Origin: Tubulanus polymorphus
Taxonomy: Eukaryota > Animalia > Nemertea
Reading direction: 5' to 3'
Length of the DNA stretch: 64,000 bases
Assembly: GCF_964204645.1 (NCBI RefSeq)
Contig: NC_134028.1
Location: 25,106,345-25,170,344, forward strand
The position numbers and the translations under genes were made by a program. The notes below the pieces were generated by a model. It saw nothing but the letters and a program-made list of their open reading frames with translations, ran no database searches and was not told where the DNA came from. Positions 1 to 13,685 of this stretch are shown one piece after another. The stretch's first letter is position 1; each line of letters starts with the position of its first letter.

Positions 1-858
1 ACGAAAAACGAAGGCGTGCTACACAGCACGTGACGCAGTTGGCGGCGGTGTGACCGGTGCTGGATGGGGAGAGGGACGTAGAGTAAGTGACGACAGTGTG
101 CCCGTGAGTTTCCTCCTACTCTACACGCCGCGACGCACCAACAACAACGCAACGACGTGCAACGCCGGCGGCAACCAGTGTATACAAATTCAAATTCTGA
201 AATTCTGAAATTTACAAAAATTGACTTAGCCCTAAAAAGAGGCCTAAGGCTAAGGTCGAAGAATATGGGATGGATACATAACTTTTTGAAAGAGGGACCT
301 GTCATGTTGAAGCGAAGGGCATACAATTTTGAGGACGATTTTCAAGTCCAAGATAGGTCCAAGACTTCGTCTTCCTGCCTTTACCACACAGAGAAAGTGC
401 ATTTCACGACACAAGATTGAAAGTAAAGAGTCGCACAGCCGTGACTTAGGCCTAAAAGTGGCCTTGAATAAGACTGGTCAGATTGACTAAACTATGTTGC
501 TCAGCTTCATGACTGTACAACTGGCCCCTTTGATCTATCCTTAGGCTTTTTATAAGCCTAGTTAGAACAAATTTTAGGAATTAATGCAAAACCTTTTGGC
601 TTGAGTCTACCATGCAACGAAGCTGAGCTCAGGTTCACCTTCAATGATTCTAGTCCTTGTGCACGAAATCTGAGCTAAGTGCCATGGAGCGTTAAAGATG
701 ATTAGAATGTGCATTTTCTCTTTTCGTTTCTTCCAGTAAATTACCAGTAAATATTCTTCAAACGAAGCATTTTGTGACTTATACATAATCAGGGCTTTAG
801 TAATACCGTCAACCTTGAAAATAGAAGCGCGCACTTGCAAAAAAAAAACGGAAAGAAA

Positions 859-3800
859 ATGGGGAGCTATGTTGCTAGTTTTGGATTAGTTCTTCTACCG
901 ATCGTGTTATTATTCCTTTTTCGCGAGGCCGAACAAAGTACGATACTTCTCGTCCAATTGAATGGCCAAGTCAACTTCTCAGCACCAGTTGACGATTCCG
1001 AGTACAGCCTAAGATCGTATTTGGATGGATTAGATTATGAAGACTGGGCGCTTGGCCCGTACGTAGTAATGGCAAGATCGTTTGCAATGTCATTTCTTAA
1101 GATTCCGTGGGGTAAGTCAACATCACGAATCCCCGCCCCAGTTCCACAGAACTGGGTTAATTAAAATTTGGTTTGAGGTAATGAACTAGCTTTAACTCAA
1201 AGTTGGCCCCAACTCATAACTTACAGTGCAAATGCGTGGTTCCAGTACTTTATGGGTCAATCAAATTGAATCAAATCAAACACTATTATACACATTTCAT
1301 AGAAGTGTCATCAGTAAGCATCATCATAATTTGAGACGTCGTTACTGTGAAACCTCTAGGCTTTCCACTAAGCCCATACTGAAATTAACTACATCAATAC
1401 AAGTTTATTTCCTAACTACCGGTAAAAACATTTCGATGGGGTCTCAAAATATTGCAGATGAAATTCACAAGTTATTGAACAGTATGATGCCTCAAGACAG
1501 CAGCAGTAACAGCACTTTAGCGTCGGATGAATTAGTATCGATATCGGGCATGCAGCAATTGTTTGTGGATTATAGCCAGGTAAAGAATGTGCTGAAAATA
1601 CGTATGATTAAACATTATGAGTAAACTTTGAAACGTTATAAGCCGGGGTACGGTGGTTACTTATTACCTGGAGATCAGAAAAAAAACAGGGAATTTCCAT
1701 TTCTTTTCAAAATCAGATAGGTCAAATAGTCTGAGAATTTTCTAAACGAAAAGAAAGCAAAAAATCAGGAAATAGTCAAGAAAATGTGTTAATTAGATCG
1801 CGTGTATAATCAAGTATATATGTCTTACGTACATTGGCTGTGTTAATTGATTGATTGAATTAACGTTAAGTCGGGGGAAAAGCAAAAGCCACCCTACCTG
1901 GGGGTAATATTCACTAACCTTTATCCGTCGATGTATGTCAATTACAGTTAGTTAAACTGGAGATTCCCGTGTTTGTAATCGGTGGATTCGGAATTCTGGC
2001 CGGTATTGTGACGCCTATCATCGGAATGATCTTCTGCTGCTGCCGGTTTTGTGGTAAATGTGGCGGCGAACTGAAAATGGCACAAGCGAGCAAAGAGAAA
2101 GGATTTTGCGGATTATTAACGTCGTTTTTTCTGCTATTGTTCGTTCTGTTTTTGATGTAAGAACATTTCCAAGATAAGCACGTTTTAAACGGCGTTTAGG
2201 AAGAGAGTTAAATCTCTGTAATGAGTGGGTATATGCACCCCCTCTCCTTAATTCAAACGGGTCCCACAAAATGCGAGCCTTCTAAAAACCATTTGCGATC
2301 TATGTACGCATGCATTTTACTCATAGAAGCCTGGAAAATGATTTTTCCATGTAATACCTAAATTTCATTTATTTTTGGGGGTTTGTGGACCCTCTTTGCG
2401 CCTTATCTTTTCATCTATTCGCGAATGTATTAGGCCCTACTGTCTTTTCTTCTCTTGGTTATGTTCGATCGTATGGGGCCGAAATAATTCTGTATTCTAA
2501 ACTTACTTTACTTTCACCTTTTTCGTAAAGCAAAGTCTTATCTTATCTTGCTAAAATAATCCTATATATCTTTACTTGCTAGTGTCGGTGGAGGATCACT
2601 ACTCAGCTCATATCTAAGGCTGAAGGAATCGCCGGGACATGTTGAAAATGTAATCGTGAAAACTATTGACGACGTAGTCCAATTCAAAGACCTTTTCCTC
2701 AGAGTAAAGTATCGATTCTGATTTCCGTTCCTCATTGCGGGGGCGGAAAGCCCTTCCTTTTCTTTTGAAACCTCACCTTCCAATTTCCCAGGGTCTATCC
2801 CTGCATTGTTTGGGTTTCTTCTAATGTAATCACTAACTTAACTATTTACCGCAATATCTAGATTTCTAAACGTCAAAGTCTTTGCGAGATTTTCACAATC
2901 TGCACATTTCTGTGGATCTCTAGATCTTGAATCTGAGGTTAAAATGATGGAAATAAACCGTTTAACTTCGCAGTCAAACTGAACCAATTGTGGTACTGGT
3001 TCCACTATGTAAAGGAATATATCTTTCAGCAAGTTCAAGGATTGCTAAGCAATGACCTCGAAGCTTTGATTGACCTGGTTGTCAGAGATTTGGGTCGTAA
3101 GTAGATTAATGATTTCCTATTCATTCGAGTAGGAAAGCCGGATTGAATCCTCGTAAAATGGATTCCATTTTGGGATTCATGCGATTCCTATTTCAGAATC
3201 GTCCACCACGATCAGTGCAAGGCTTATGTTGAATCTCCAGCCCCAAGTCAACCAGATAACATCCAGAATTCGACTTTTAAACACCTGTAAGTACATTTTT
3301 TCGGCAAACAATTGACTGTCAAATTCAATTGAAGAAAAACTGATGAAGATAGCTGACGTTTCGGCTTAAATGCTACGAGCCATTTTCAAATACTTCTGTG
3401 CGTTTTTGTGCTCAGTGAGCAAGTGAGCCAATTAAAGAAAATCATCGGCGTCATATACCGGTAGTGCCTTCATAAAATTTTACGGATTTCAATTCCCCTC
3501 CCTCTCCCGTGTAGGCCTACTCAACTTGAAGCAACATGTTCATAGGGAGAAGTGGTCAATATTGACCTACAGTGAAAAGCCTCCAGTTAACATCCACCGT
3601 ACTCGGTGGCAATGAGAATCAGCGCATTCGCCGCTTGCCGGATGCGGAATAGCGGTTATAATCTCCCATTTCTTTCGGCAGTGATAACTCAAATGAACAG
3701 CACGATGGATGAAATAACGATGAAATCAGCCGAAGTAACGGCGACCGGAACTGCCGTAGAGCTCTATGTGAACGCCGTCGATTCGAATGTGACGTCACTT

Positions 3801-6800
3801 CACGGTACCTGCGTCAGCAATGGGTATTCCTACTGCGGTAGTATGTTATCCGGAGTTCCTACTCCGTATGATTTCGATTTGGTAAGCGCGATTCAAAATA
3901 CTATTTACAAGGCGCTATATAAATTCAAATTCATTATCGTAAATCAACCTATTAAAAGAAAATGATTAAGACAGATTCAGATTCGAGATTATTTTGGAAC
4001 GTTTTATTTTTAGGTTCCAGATTTAGTAAGCGGTTTGCTAACGCAGTTAGATCCTCTGTTGCAATTGGACACTGACTCATTTGCATCGACGGTAAGTTGA
4101 CATTTATTAAATGAGGTCGGCAAAGTCCCACTCGTCACTTGCCACGAGTGGAATTCTCTATTGCCACAATCTTCCTTCTTTTCAAACACGATGTATTACA
4201 CTATAATTAATGATAATTCATCGAGTTTTCTCGTTGTTTTGTTAGGTAGAAACAGAGTTTTCAAACACGATGTATTACACTATAATTAATGATAATTCAT
4301 CGAGTTTTCTCGTTGTTTTGTTAGGTAGAAACAGAGTTTTCAAACACGATGTATTACACTATAATTAATGATAATTCATCGAGTTTTCTGGTTGTTTTGT
4401 TAGGTAGAAACAGAGTTTTCAAACACGATGTATTACACTATAATTAATGATAATTCATCGAGTTTTCTCGTTGTTTTGTTAGGTAGAAACAGAGTTTTCA
4501 AACACGATGTATTACACTATAATTAATGATAATTCATCGAGTTTTCTGGTTGTTTTGTTAGGTAGAAACAGAGTTTTCAAACACGATGTATTACACTATA
4601 ATTAATGATAATTCATCGGGTTTTCTGGTTGTTTTGTTAGGTAGAAACAGAGTTTTCAAACACGATGTATTACACTATAATTAATGATAATTCATCGAGT
4701 TTTCTCGTTGTTTTGTTAGGTAGAAACAGAGTTTTCAAACATTCCATCGCATATAAATAGTAGCAGTTATACGCAAATTGAAGGTATACATGCGCCATAT
4801 CCCCCTGATGTATATATATATTTAATTTGCTCTGTTCATAATCCTAACCTTTTCTAACATACAAGTAATCCGTCTATATCAAACAAGATCTTCTGATTTA
4901 GAGGTTTTTCAGAGCTAATATACGCCTATGTATATCTAAACTAGCGTCTTTTCTTTCTGAACAGAAGTTAAAGTTTCCTTGGAATCGGTAAAAGCGATCA
5001 CGAATCAGACTCTACAGATGTTGAACAATATGGTTAACGGGGTGAGTAAAAGAATCTGTTTAGGCCCGAAAGCCTGCATTTACATATTCAAATTATGTAA
5101 TAAGGAAGGGGTAGTAGATGATATCAACATCGCAAATTTCAGTCGTTTCCAAGTGAGAAGCTGACGGACGCGAAGTCGACCGTTGAAGAAACCATAGACA
5201 TTGCTGATAACTTCATGCAGTACGGGTACGTCCACGTAGGCCTAGATCAGTGGCATAATTGGAATAGACATTTAAAGACATGTTTTAAGCAAACATCATA
5301 TTTTGCTTGATCGTATTTTGTAGTTTGTATAGCATATACGGATTTTCGGGAATAGTGGCTTTGATAATTACGTTGACTCTTATCGGAGTGTGCTGTGGAC
5401 CGATCTCAACAGGCTGCAGTATTTCACCTCTCAAACGAAACGGTCTGTCCGATTTGAGCGGCAAACTGAATATGGGGTATGACTTCAACCAAGCCTAATT
5501 ACTCAATTTACGCTAAAGCTTCTGTTTCATAAAGTCGAAGCTCTGCTCGTCATAATGATTATTCATCCTGATGCAAAAAATAATGTGCATTGAATATAGA
5601 CGTCTAACCCTTATTGAAAGAAATATCTTAAATTGTTAGATTGGCCATAGAACCAGAATTTGCTTAGACTGTATGGTCTTAAATTGTAAGTTTGGCTTTT
5701 TAACCAAAAGGGGTTTGGACTTATGAATATTTGCGTCGACCTATAGGCCCTGTAGGTTCAAGTTTGTAGATGAAACTGATCGACTTAATACTTCTATCTC
5801 TATCATTCTTTCCTTTTAAACGACTTTCCTTACTTTTGCTAGTGGTGCTTGTCTCGGATTTGTTTTTATTTTCTTCTACTTGTCCGTCGGGTCCGTTCTA
5901 TTCGTCATCGGAGCTAATCTCACTATCGTTTGCGGGGCCATACAAGACATGTCTATCTACGACCAGGTACCTGAGTCCTCAGTCCGGAATTTCATAGTCA
6001 CTGTAGACTCCACCTTACTCGGTTTACAGTCAACTCGGTGAAATATTTGACAGAGCAAAGCCACCTATACGAGTAACATGGAGTCTAATGGAGTTATGTT
6101 TTTTTTCTAAACCATCTTCAAAGCTTGTTGGAAGATTTTTGCTAATTTTGTTCTATTATATTTCTATTTAAAGGTTGTTTGTAAGTTTATTTATTATTTT
6201 CGTAGCTGGAATTTGTTTGATATTCACTAACAACTGTACACGTGATGGGTTGATTTTGCAATAACGTACGTATATTTCCAGTTGATAGATAACCCAGCCG
6301 GTATTCAGAGAATGGCCAATCTGAACACTATGTTCAACTTAACCGATGGCAATATGACTATAAAACAAGTACTTCTGTACGTATCGTTAAAACAAACTTT
6401 TTTTTTTCAAATTCGACGAATTTTCAGACCTACCGGTTTTTGAGCATTAAGATCGGAAGATATCGACACCTCCACAGCGTTTAAACAATCTTGAAGTGTT
6501 TTTTTAATTTATAGCGATTGTAAAGCGAACAAGGCGTTGTATAAAGTTCTGCATCTATCCAGCATGTTTGATATCAATACGTTCGTCGACTTGGATACGG
6601 TACGTATAGGCCAAATGAGAAATATTCATTATTCACGGAAAACAAGCCTTCGCCTATAAATCCTGGAGTCAGATCAGCAGTTTCTCGATTAAAAGTTGAC
6701 TCTAAAAGATCGAAATGAACTGTAACTCTGTCAAATAAATCGACTTGTGTATTTTCTACAGATATTGCCTGATATGACGCCTGCTTATGCGACAGCGAAC

Positions 6801-9800
6801 GACACCTTGCAGAACACGCAGTTCATTCCTCCATCGTTAGAAGGAGAACTGACCAACGTTACTCAATACATTCCTTCGTCATTGAACGTAACGGATATCA
6901 TGTCTGCGGTAGGTTATACGATCATTCTACAATGTTTGATTAATTTTCAAGGGTATCTTCATTCATATTTAATGTAAAAAAGTCTAGAGAAAAAAAGAAG
7001 ATGGTCTCGTCGAAAAGTCAATTATTTTCATATTTCATTTTATAGCTGAATAGCGGTTTGGTCGCTTTGAATTTGTCAGGATTGGCCGATCAGATAGACG
7101 CCGCGCGACCCAGTATAAGCGACCCTAGTTTAGAAGGCCAATACGAGGATATAGCAACTTCTATTCGAGCTATCGACGCCACTACCGGTGCTTTGCTAAC
7201 ATCTCATGTCGTAAGTGATGAAACGAACCCATCCCACAATTAGGTACAGATTTTTGTAATAGTTGAACCCTGATTGAGCGACTTGAGGTAACACTTATGT
7301 TTATGTATCTACCCAACCATAATCCTTATCCTTTTCTTCCCGCTATATGGCGCCAGTGTTGCGAATGTCCTCAGTAACACTAGCATCACAGGGTTAGAAT
7401 ATGAACGTATTCAGTTGAACAAGCCTACTTCTCTGTTTCACTTCCTTATTCTACTAGTTACACTATTTGAATATTACTATTGCACTATCGATAGTAGAAT
7501 ACATGTAATATCAATCTTTAAATCAGTACGATCCCAATTTCCCGTCTCAGGTTTTGTTCTTTCTATATTCTGTTGCAATATTCCAGTATCAAATTCGAAA
7601 AAAAATATGCATTTGTTTCAGACGGAGTTGACCGCACTCTATAACACATTAGAAAGCTATTTCGTCAGTCTCACCGTAAGTCAAAAATCTAAAATAACTC
7701 CGATGATCAGCCAAGTCAACAGTTTAAAGAATTGCTGATCAGTCGCTTAAAACGTTAAATAGTTATGTTAAAAATCTTACGGGAACGAATTTTTCATATT
7801 TAACAGAGTACCGCTAATCTTATAGTCTACGATGCCACGAATATCCAGGCATACATCATGACGACAGGCAGCTCAATTTTATTGGAGGTAAAATTTTGAA
7901 GTTTTTACATCTTCGCGGAAATAGATCTCTTAGAGATAGTGCATGTTATTCTAATGGTTATTAATATCTTGCTAAGGCACTTTGCATAATTCAACCAACG
8001 TTATAATTAGCGGTAGCAGACGTTTCTCAAATCACTGTTATCTGGTTACAAGTATATATTCGTAGTTTTTGTATCGTGATATATATTTGCGTGGACTGAT
8101 GCGACAGGTCGTTAGCGGAAACAATTAGCCCTCTCCCCTCCCCAATAAATCTAAATATTCCCAAATTTCCCCTGAAGTTCTGCGCTAAGATACATCACCT
8201 TCACGGGCACTGACAGGGCATCCTAGTTCCGCAGGGACGAAACACTTACACAACATACCTCATTATTCGTTAGACTTTGAAATAACAGGCAATGAATCAA
8301 AACGTTCATTATCGCAGTTTTCCATTATGTAACGTCCACGCAGTTACACTGGCATCGCAATGGTTTCTCAATTTTTGCAAGATACCAACTTGAAGAATTG
8401 AGTTTGCATTTCGGCACCGGTTAAATAAATGAACAAATTCGTAGCGTGTATAAGAGTATTGAACAAGTCTTGCATATTAAACATGACGCCCCAGCCGATA
8501 TCCGACAATTGCGATTCGAAACTAGGCACAAAATTCAACAGGGAAACTATAACGCTCGGGATCATACCGACAACGAAAGACAAGGCGATTAAAATCAGCA
8601 CGTACGTAGTTTTGTTAACTTTTTCATTTCTGTTCGCCTTGTCTCCGAATTTGGCGCGCGAAAAACGCAATCTTAGGATAATGGCGGTGTTCATCGCCGA
8701 CACAAGTGAAATCGTAACGAATACGTTGTATGTACGTAATTGCACAGCGAGGACAATGCCGTCGTGCGTATGCCAACAAACGCCCCGGTAGAAAAAATAT
8801 GGCCCCGCCGGGTAGGAACTGATATCGTAGTAAACAGGCATGAGAGGCGAGTACAAACAGAAAATGGCCGGTATCAGAACGGTCAAGCAAGTCGCTACGA
8901 CGGCGTTTCTGTGGTTGCAGATGCGACTCGACATCAATGGAAAGAACACGACGATAAAGCGTTCTATCGATAAAGTAACCATAACCCACATGCTAATATA
9001 GTATATCAATTTAACTACGTAATCGGAAATAACGCAGCCCAGGTAAGACGCGGAAAAAGGCGTTTTCACGCGAGTTCCAGTCAGCAAATAGGTGATTACG
9101 CTGATCCAAGCAACGACCCCTATACCTAAATAACAGTTATCAATTATCGCGATGAAAATTATATAAACGGAATACGAATGTCGGCGCATGACTTTTTGAA
9201 ACATGATCAGAATAACCATCGAATTACCGATAAATCCGACGACGATTATCACGAAATAGCCGACAAGGAAGAGAATAGCGCCGTATCTGGTTTTCAACTG
9301 TTCGCTGCCCGACATGAAGTCCATGATTATTCCCGGCACACCTGGTAGCGAAGAACGCAGGTATATACTATCACATGTGGCGGCTGATGAATTACTGCTT
9401 TCGCACATTTCCACTCCCGGCGATTGTCGACGATTTCGATCATTGACGGCGCAGCGCGGCTGAACTATCCGTCGAAATCGCTTTCAAATTACTATAGTTT
9501 CACCTTAGAAGCCGATTCGAAAGCTTCCGATCATTTTCCCGGCAAGATGCCCAATGATTTGTCGTCTAACAACTGAAGATAATAGCCACGTTCTTGTCGA
9601 TCCGATGCGAAGTATTTGCCTTCGTCGGATTGTTCTAAAGTTTGTACATCTTCGTACACACTTTTAAAAGGGAAGATTTATTCAACCTACACTAGGCTAA
9701 AGCTGCTGTGTCGTCACTTGAATATACACTAAATTCTAAATCATTACTACCCAAGGGCCACTGCGACTTCGCGATTCAGTTCCATAAAACAGTTTCAGCG

Positions 9801-12208
9801 GCTTGAAAATGTGAAGTGATCATAAGCAATTAAACCTAAAATTTGAGTTAAAATCGTTCGTGAAGCCGAACCCAGGGCGGCTGTTCCATAAGCCTGCGGC
9901 TCGCACAGGGTTTTTTCTGAGGGACTTCAGGAACTGTGCTTGTAATTTGAATAAAATTGTCGTTTCATAGGATTTCGAATCGTTCGTTGATCAAATCGTT
10001 GATTATGTTCATCAGTTTGTCGGCCACTTAGAAAACGCGGTAAGTCGATCGATGTAACAAAATCATTCCACATCTCTCTATTTATCTATGTACGTTACAG
10101 CAGCATCAAGCTGACAATTATTTTCTTTTTTTAAGATCCCCGAGAAAGAGTTAATTTCAGTGAATTCAATCTTCTGCGTAAAAAAATTGCTACAATTTCA
10201 TCAATTCTACTCTATTTTTCATATAGCTCGACGATCATCTTGGCACGTGTAGACTGGTTTGGGATGTTTATGAAGGCGTCGTCGATGGTCTTTGCAGCTT
10301 CTTCCTCGATGGATTTGTAAGTACAGTCAAATAGTACGGTATTACAGTAAACCTCGCCTTATTCGGACACGGCTAACTCGGACTTTTGAGTAACTCGGAC
10401 AGAAAACGAAACCATTTTCTGACTTCCTAATCCAATCATTAAAATGCTCTACTCGCAACAGCGTACTCCACTTGGTTTTGGCTCTATATCCACAATATAT
10501 ATGTTAAGTGTGTTTACCTCGTCAAAATTCAACCTGATTCATTGAAAGATTATATTTGAAATCGAAATTCCTAATTCTTATCGTATATTCTTGTATATAA
10601 TTGATTTCAGAACGGTTTCTGGTTATCGCTATGCGTCATAGGCTTCTTCCTGTTACCTGCCATCGTTCTGAACGTCAGAATCGCTAAATACTACAGGTAA
10701 CTCTATAACTAAACCCGAAAATACAAACTACAAACAGAAGCGTAGTTTTTTTTTCAGGAATTAAGAACGCGCACGGTGGGATATACTGACGTTTGACTTC
10801 TTTAATTTCAGAATCCCGATGGATAGGAAACGAGGGTACGTAATTAGTGTCCGCATCAAATGTTTCAATCATCTGACCTGAAATCACCGTCTTCTCGTGA
10901 TTTAGATCTACACTGATAATACATCAGTTTAGCCGTCATGATGATAAACATTTCATTGTATTTGCTTCCTCTTGAGATTTTAACATTCTGTTAACATGAA
11001 CTTTCTAACTGTCAATTCGAGTTAACCACCTACTCTAGTAGGTGGATTTACATCAGTCTTCAATTTCCCTGATTCTCAACTCAAAGAGTGAAATATTCAA
11101 ATCAGTCCAAACGCTGTCACATAAACCTACAATTTTTTCCCGTCGTATTAATACAGAACTGGATCTGAAGGAGTTGAGACTCGGATAACTAAATCTGTCG
11201 ATCGAATCCGGCGTAATTTAGCGGCACAGGCGGCTCGTATTGGGTACACGTTACGCAGTCGATCCAATCAAACTACGTCTAGGCTTTAAAACTCTCGGTC
11301 TCCTCGTCGCTGTCTCATTTGGGTAAGCAGGTCATGGCTAATTTTCATTTTACTTCTTGAATCCCAAGTCCTGGACCCAGTTCCGTAGTTCAGTTCAGAT
11401 CTTACTCTAAGGTTAGAAAATTCTATAAATTCGAGCCCTGACCACACAACTATATCTGTACTTGGATTTCTATTACATGTATTATCAAAATTGAACCCCG
11501 TTTCGTTCCCGGTAGGTGTGGTGGGTTTGTAAGGGACACAAAACCAAATCAAATCAAAGCAAATCAAAATCAGCCAATCAAATGAATTAGAGGAACATAC
11601 ATATTTAAAAATTGAAAAAAAACATAGGAAATAAGTGAAATATTTTGAATTAAATTTGTTTCAAAACTCTATAGAGAAAGACTTAACTAAGGTCTATGGA
11701 ATCTGGGTCCCTGGTTATTGTCGAACCTAGATATATTTGAGTTCGAGTTAGATACGATTTGCAAAGTCACATTATATTCTAGACCCAGTTCGTTAAAACT
11801 GGACTGTTATTCAACGGAATTTTTCTGGAACTCGGTCCTTGTAGATAACTAATACATGCATTAATCAACGTTTTCCGAAATAGTACATGGCAGGCATGAT
11901 TTGCTCTTACCCAAATGTTACGAGAAGCGGAAATGAATAAATGCATGTAGTCTCCGCTAACGACTAACATCGAGAAAAAGCATGAAAATTTACTTCGATT
12001 TTTCAGAAACAAAATCTGGCCAACCGTAAACGAAATTCGAGGCAATCTACCGACAGTGGCGGATATCAAGAACGATCTGATTACGCAGATGCGTACTTTA
12101 CCACAAGCACCCACATTGCGCAAGGTGAATCGTCAACGAGAACGAACGCAATATTCGAATAAACCAAAACCAACCAAACGACAGTTATACGACAGTGAAA
12201 TGTGGTAG
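859..12208 (+). CDS. PROM1: Prominin-family pentaspan membrane glycoprotein (~25 exons)
   Basis: Spliced by eye, GT-AG with consistent phases: 859-1111,1458-1579,1948-2156,2583-2703,3030-3096,3197-3286,3682-3881,4014-4091,4720-4783,4965-5041,5143-5225,5324-5476,5843-5966,6282-6376,6515-6598,6762-6908,7046-7210,7622-7675,7807-7887,9971-10039,10227-10316,10611-10696,10812-10835,11157-11243,12007-12208. N-terminal signal peptide; prominin hallmarks FCCCRFCGKCGG after TM1, LIDNP, DCKANKALYKVLHL, and last TM NGFWLSL...FLLPAIVLNVRIAKYYR. The last three (tail) exons are less certain; symbol denotes family, not proven orthology. Confidence 0.88.
3345..3396 (-). ncRNA. Minimal type I hammerhead-like motif, U3-A8 core variant (Penelope-type remnant)
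   Basis: Minus strand UUGAAAA-U-ggcu[cguagcauuua]agcc-GAAA-C-GUC; stem I is imperfect. Confidence 0.45.
4179..4741 (+). repeat. 79-bp tandem repeat x7 spanning the prominin intron 8/exon 9 junction
   Basis: Units begin at 4179,4258,4337,4416,4495,4574,4653; flanked by 10-bp microhomology ttttcaaaca; each unit contains ttgttttgttag|GTAGAAACAGAG. Confidence 0.97.
8368..9408 (-). CDS. Intronless class A (rhodopsin-like) GPCR, peptide-receptor-like/putative chemoreceptor, nested antisense in prominin intron 19
   Basis: 348-aa ORF with 7 hydrophobic segments, TM1 GN, TM2 IAIID, TM3 Cys and ERF motif, TM7 NLFIY; lies wholly inside intron 7888-9970. First in-frame ATG at 9408 (a downstream Met is also possible). 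Confidence 0.9.
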   Translation of the reverse strand: MCESSNSSAATCDSIYLRSSLPGVPGIIMDFMSGSEQLKTRYGAILFLVGYFVIIVVGFIGNSMVILIMFQKVMRRHSYSVYIIFIAIIDNCYLGIGVVAWISVITYLLTGTRVKTPFSASYLGCVISDYVVKLIYYISMWVMVTLSIERFIVVFFPLMSSRICNHRNAVVATCLTVLIPAIFCLYSPLMPVYYDISSYPAGPYFFYRGVCWHTHDGIVLAVQLRTYNVFVTISLVSAMNTAIILRLRFSRAKFGDKANRNEKVNKTTYVLILIALSFVVGMIPSVIVSLLNFVPSFESQLSDIGWGVMFNMQDLFNTLIHATNLFIYLTGAEMQTQFFKLVSCKN

Positions 12209-13048
12209 ACGATGCTCCGTCGACAGAGGCTAGCGACAGAGCGCGTCATATCGGCCGTCAAACCCGCGGGATGAGATTTTTAAAAGTTGAAATTTCTGTG
12301 AATAGTAATGCAAAAAGTGAAGATTTTCAAAAACGTTTGAAATTTTAAGAAATTCAGTTTGCAGAATGTTATCCTGTTTTATCCTTAGAAGCACATGTGC
12401 ATGTATGATTTGCGTTCCTTTTCATTTAGACCTATTGTTTTGTACTCCTTGAGTCCGCAATGCACTTGCTTGTTTGTCGTCACGGCATCTAAGCACTGTT
12501 TTACCGTTGTAAGAGCCGAGACGATAATTTTCCGATACTCTGTGTAAAGAATGATCATATTTTGAAAGTTCTGCTGTGAAAAATGTGAAAGTATTTTACC
12601 GTGAAAAAATGATTATGTGTGAAAAATGTGATAATTGTACCAATCTTACCTCTGAACCTGACATCTGGTGGCTTGTATGACGCGGGTGAAAAATACATAT
12701 GAAAGATGTGTTCAAAAAGTACGTACCTGTTTTACTGCTGGACTACCTTTTTGATAGGAACCTTCCACCATCAAACTGCGGCTCCATGCCCCTTTCCCCT
12801 AGATATTATTTGTATTGAAAAATCAGAGAATGCTTTCTTAACGATACATACAAAATCAGAATTGAAAAGCCTCCAGTTCTCCTAACACTTCACGCATTTT
12901 CTGCTATCTCTGCAGCTATTTATTGTTCTAGTGTTATTGTTATATCGTGTTATATTATCGTTTAGAATATAAATAAGAAAAAACTAAGATATCATCTCTA
13001 ATTATTGTAAAATTCTTTCGAAATCGTTGTGTGGTCGTGTTTATTGTT

Positions 13049-13240
13049 CTATTTGGACGCAACCTGTACCATTAAACAGTTTCCAGACTTCGGAATAGTC
13101 GCCCCGCCATCAACGGATAGAGTTACACCAGTCGTGAACGAAGCTTCGCCTGAAGCTAAAAATCTAACCGTTCGCGCCACCTCTTCGGGTTTTCCATTAC
13201 GACCAAGATGATGCAATGACGGCCCGATTTCATCCATGAA
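13049..13240 (-). other. Orphan terminal exon of an SDR paralog (inverted relative to the neighbouring SDR gene)
   Basis: aatttcag|[63 protein letters not shown]; same acceptor position and phase as exon 9 of the + strand SDR (15856-16008); AATAAA at 13040-13045; no upstream SDR exons seen on the minus strand. Confidence 0.85.
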
Positions 13241-13685
13241 CTGAAATTCTTATATCCGCTGTCTGGTGTCGATTGCAAACGACCTTCGCGTATTCATTAT
13301 CGTGCCGGCATCCACCAGCCCGACTGGGTAGGATCTCTCAATAGCCAACGTATGTTTTTTTTTCATTTGAAACGGGCAAACTGTTCGACAAAATCGTGCC
13401 TCTGTCGTACAGGATAGCTTGTCCAAATTTATTGGCATCGGATTGAGGTGGTTTTCGTGTATAATATACAATTAGTTATCAAGCCGTGATTGTGAAAACT
13501 ACATGTATGTCCCTTGCAGAAGTAATCTATTGTCAGTTCTGTCCTGTGTATGTTCAATATATCATATTATTTTTATATGTGTACATTGTGCCTGGTTATT
13601 TCGAATGAGGTTATATAATCGTAAGCACTCCGAGATAAGAGCGTTGAGTCTGTTTTTGTGTAGAAACGGTAACGGAAAAAGGATT

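Noticed and set aside
157-840. Short ORFs upstream of prominin
   Set aside because: Non-ATG starts, no motifs; region contains repeat-like fragments.
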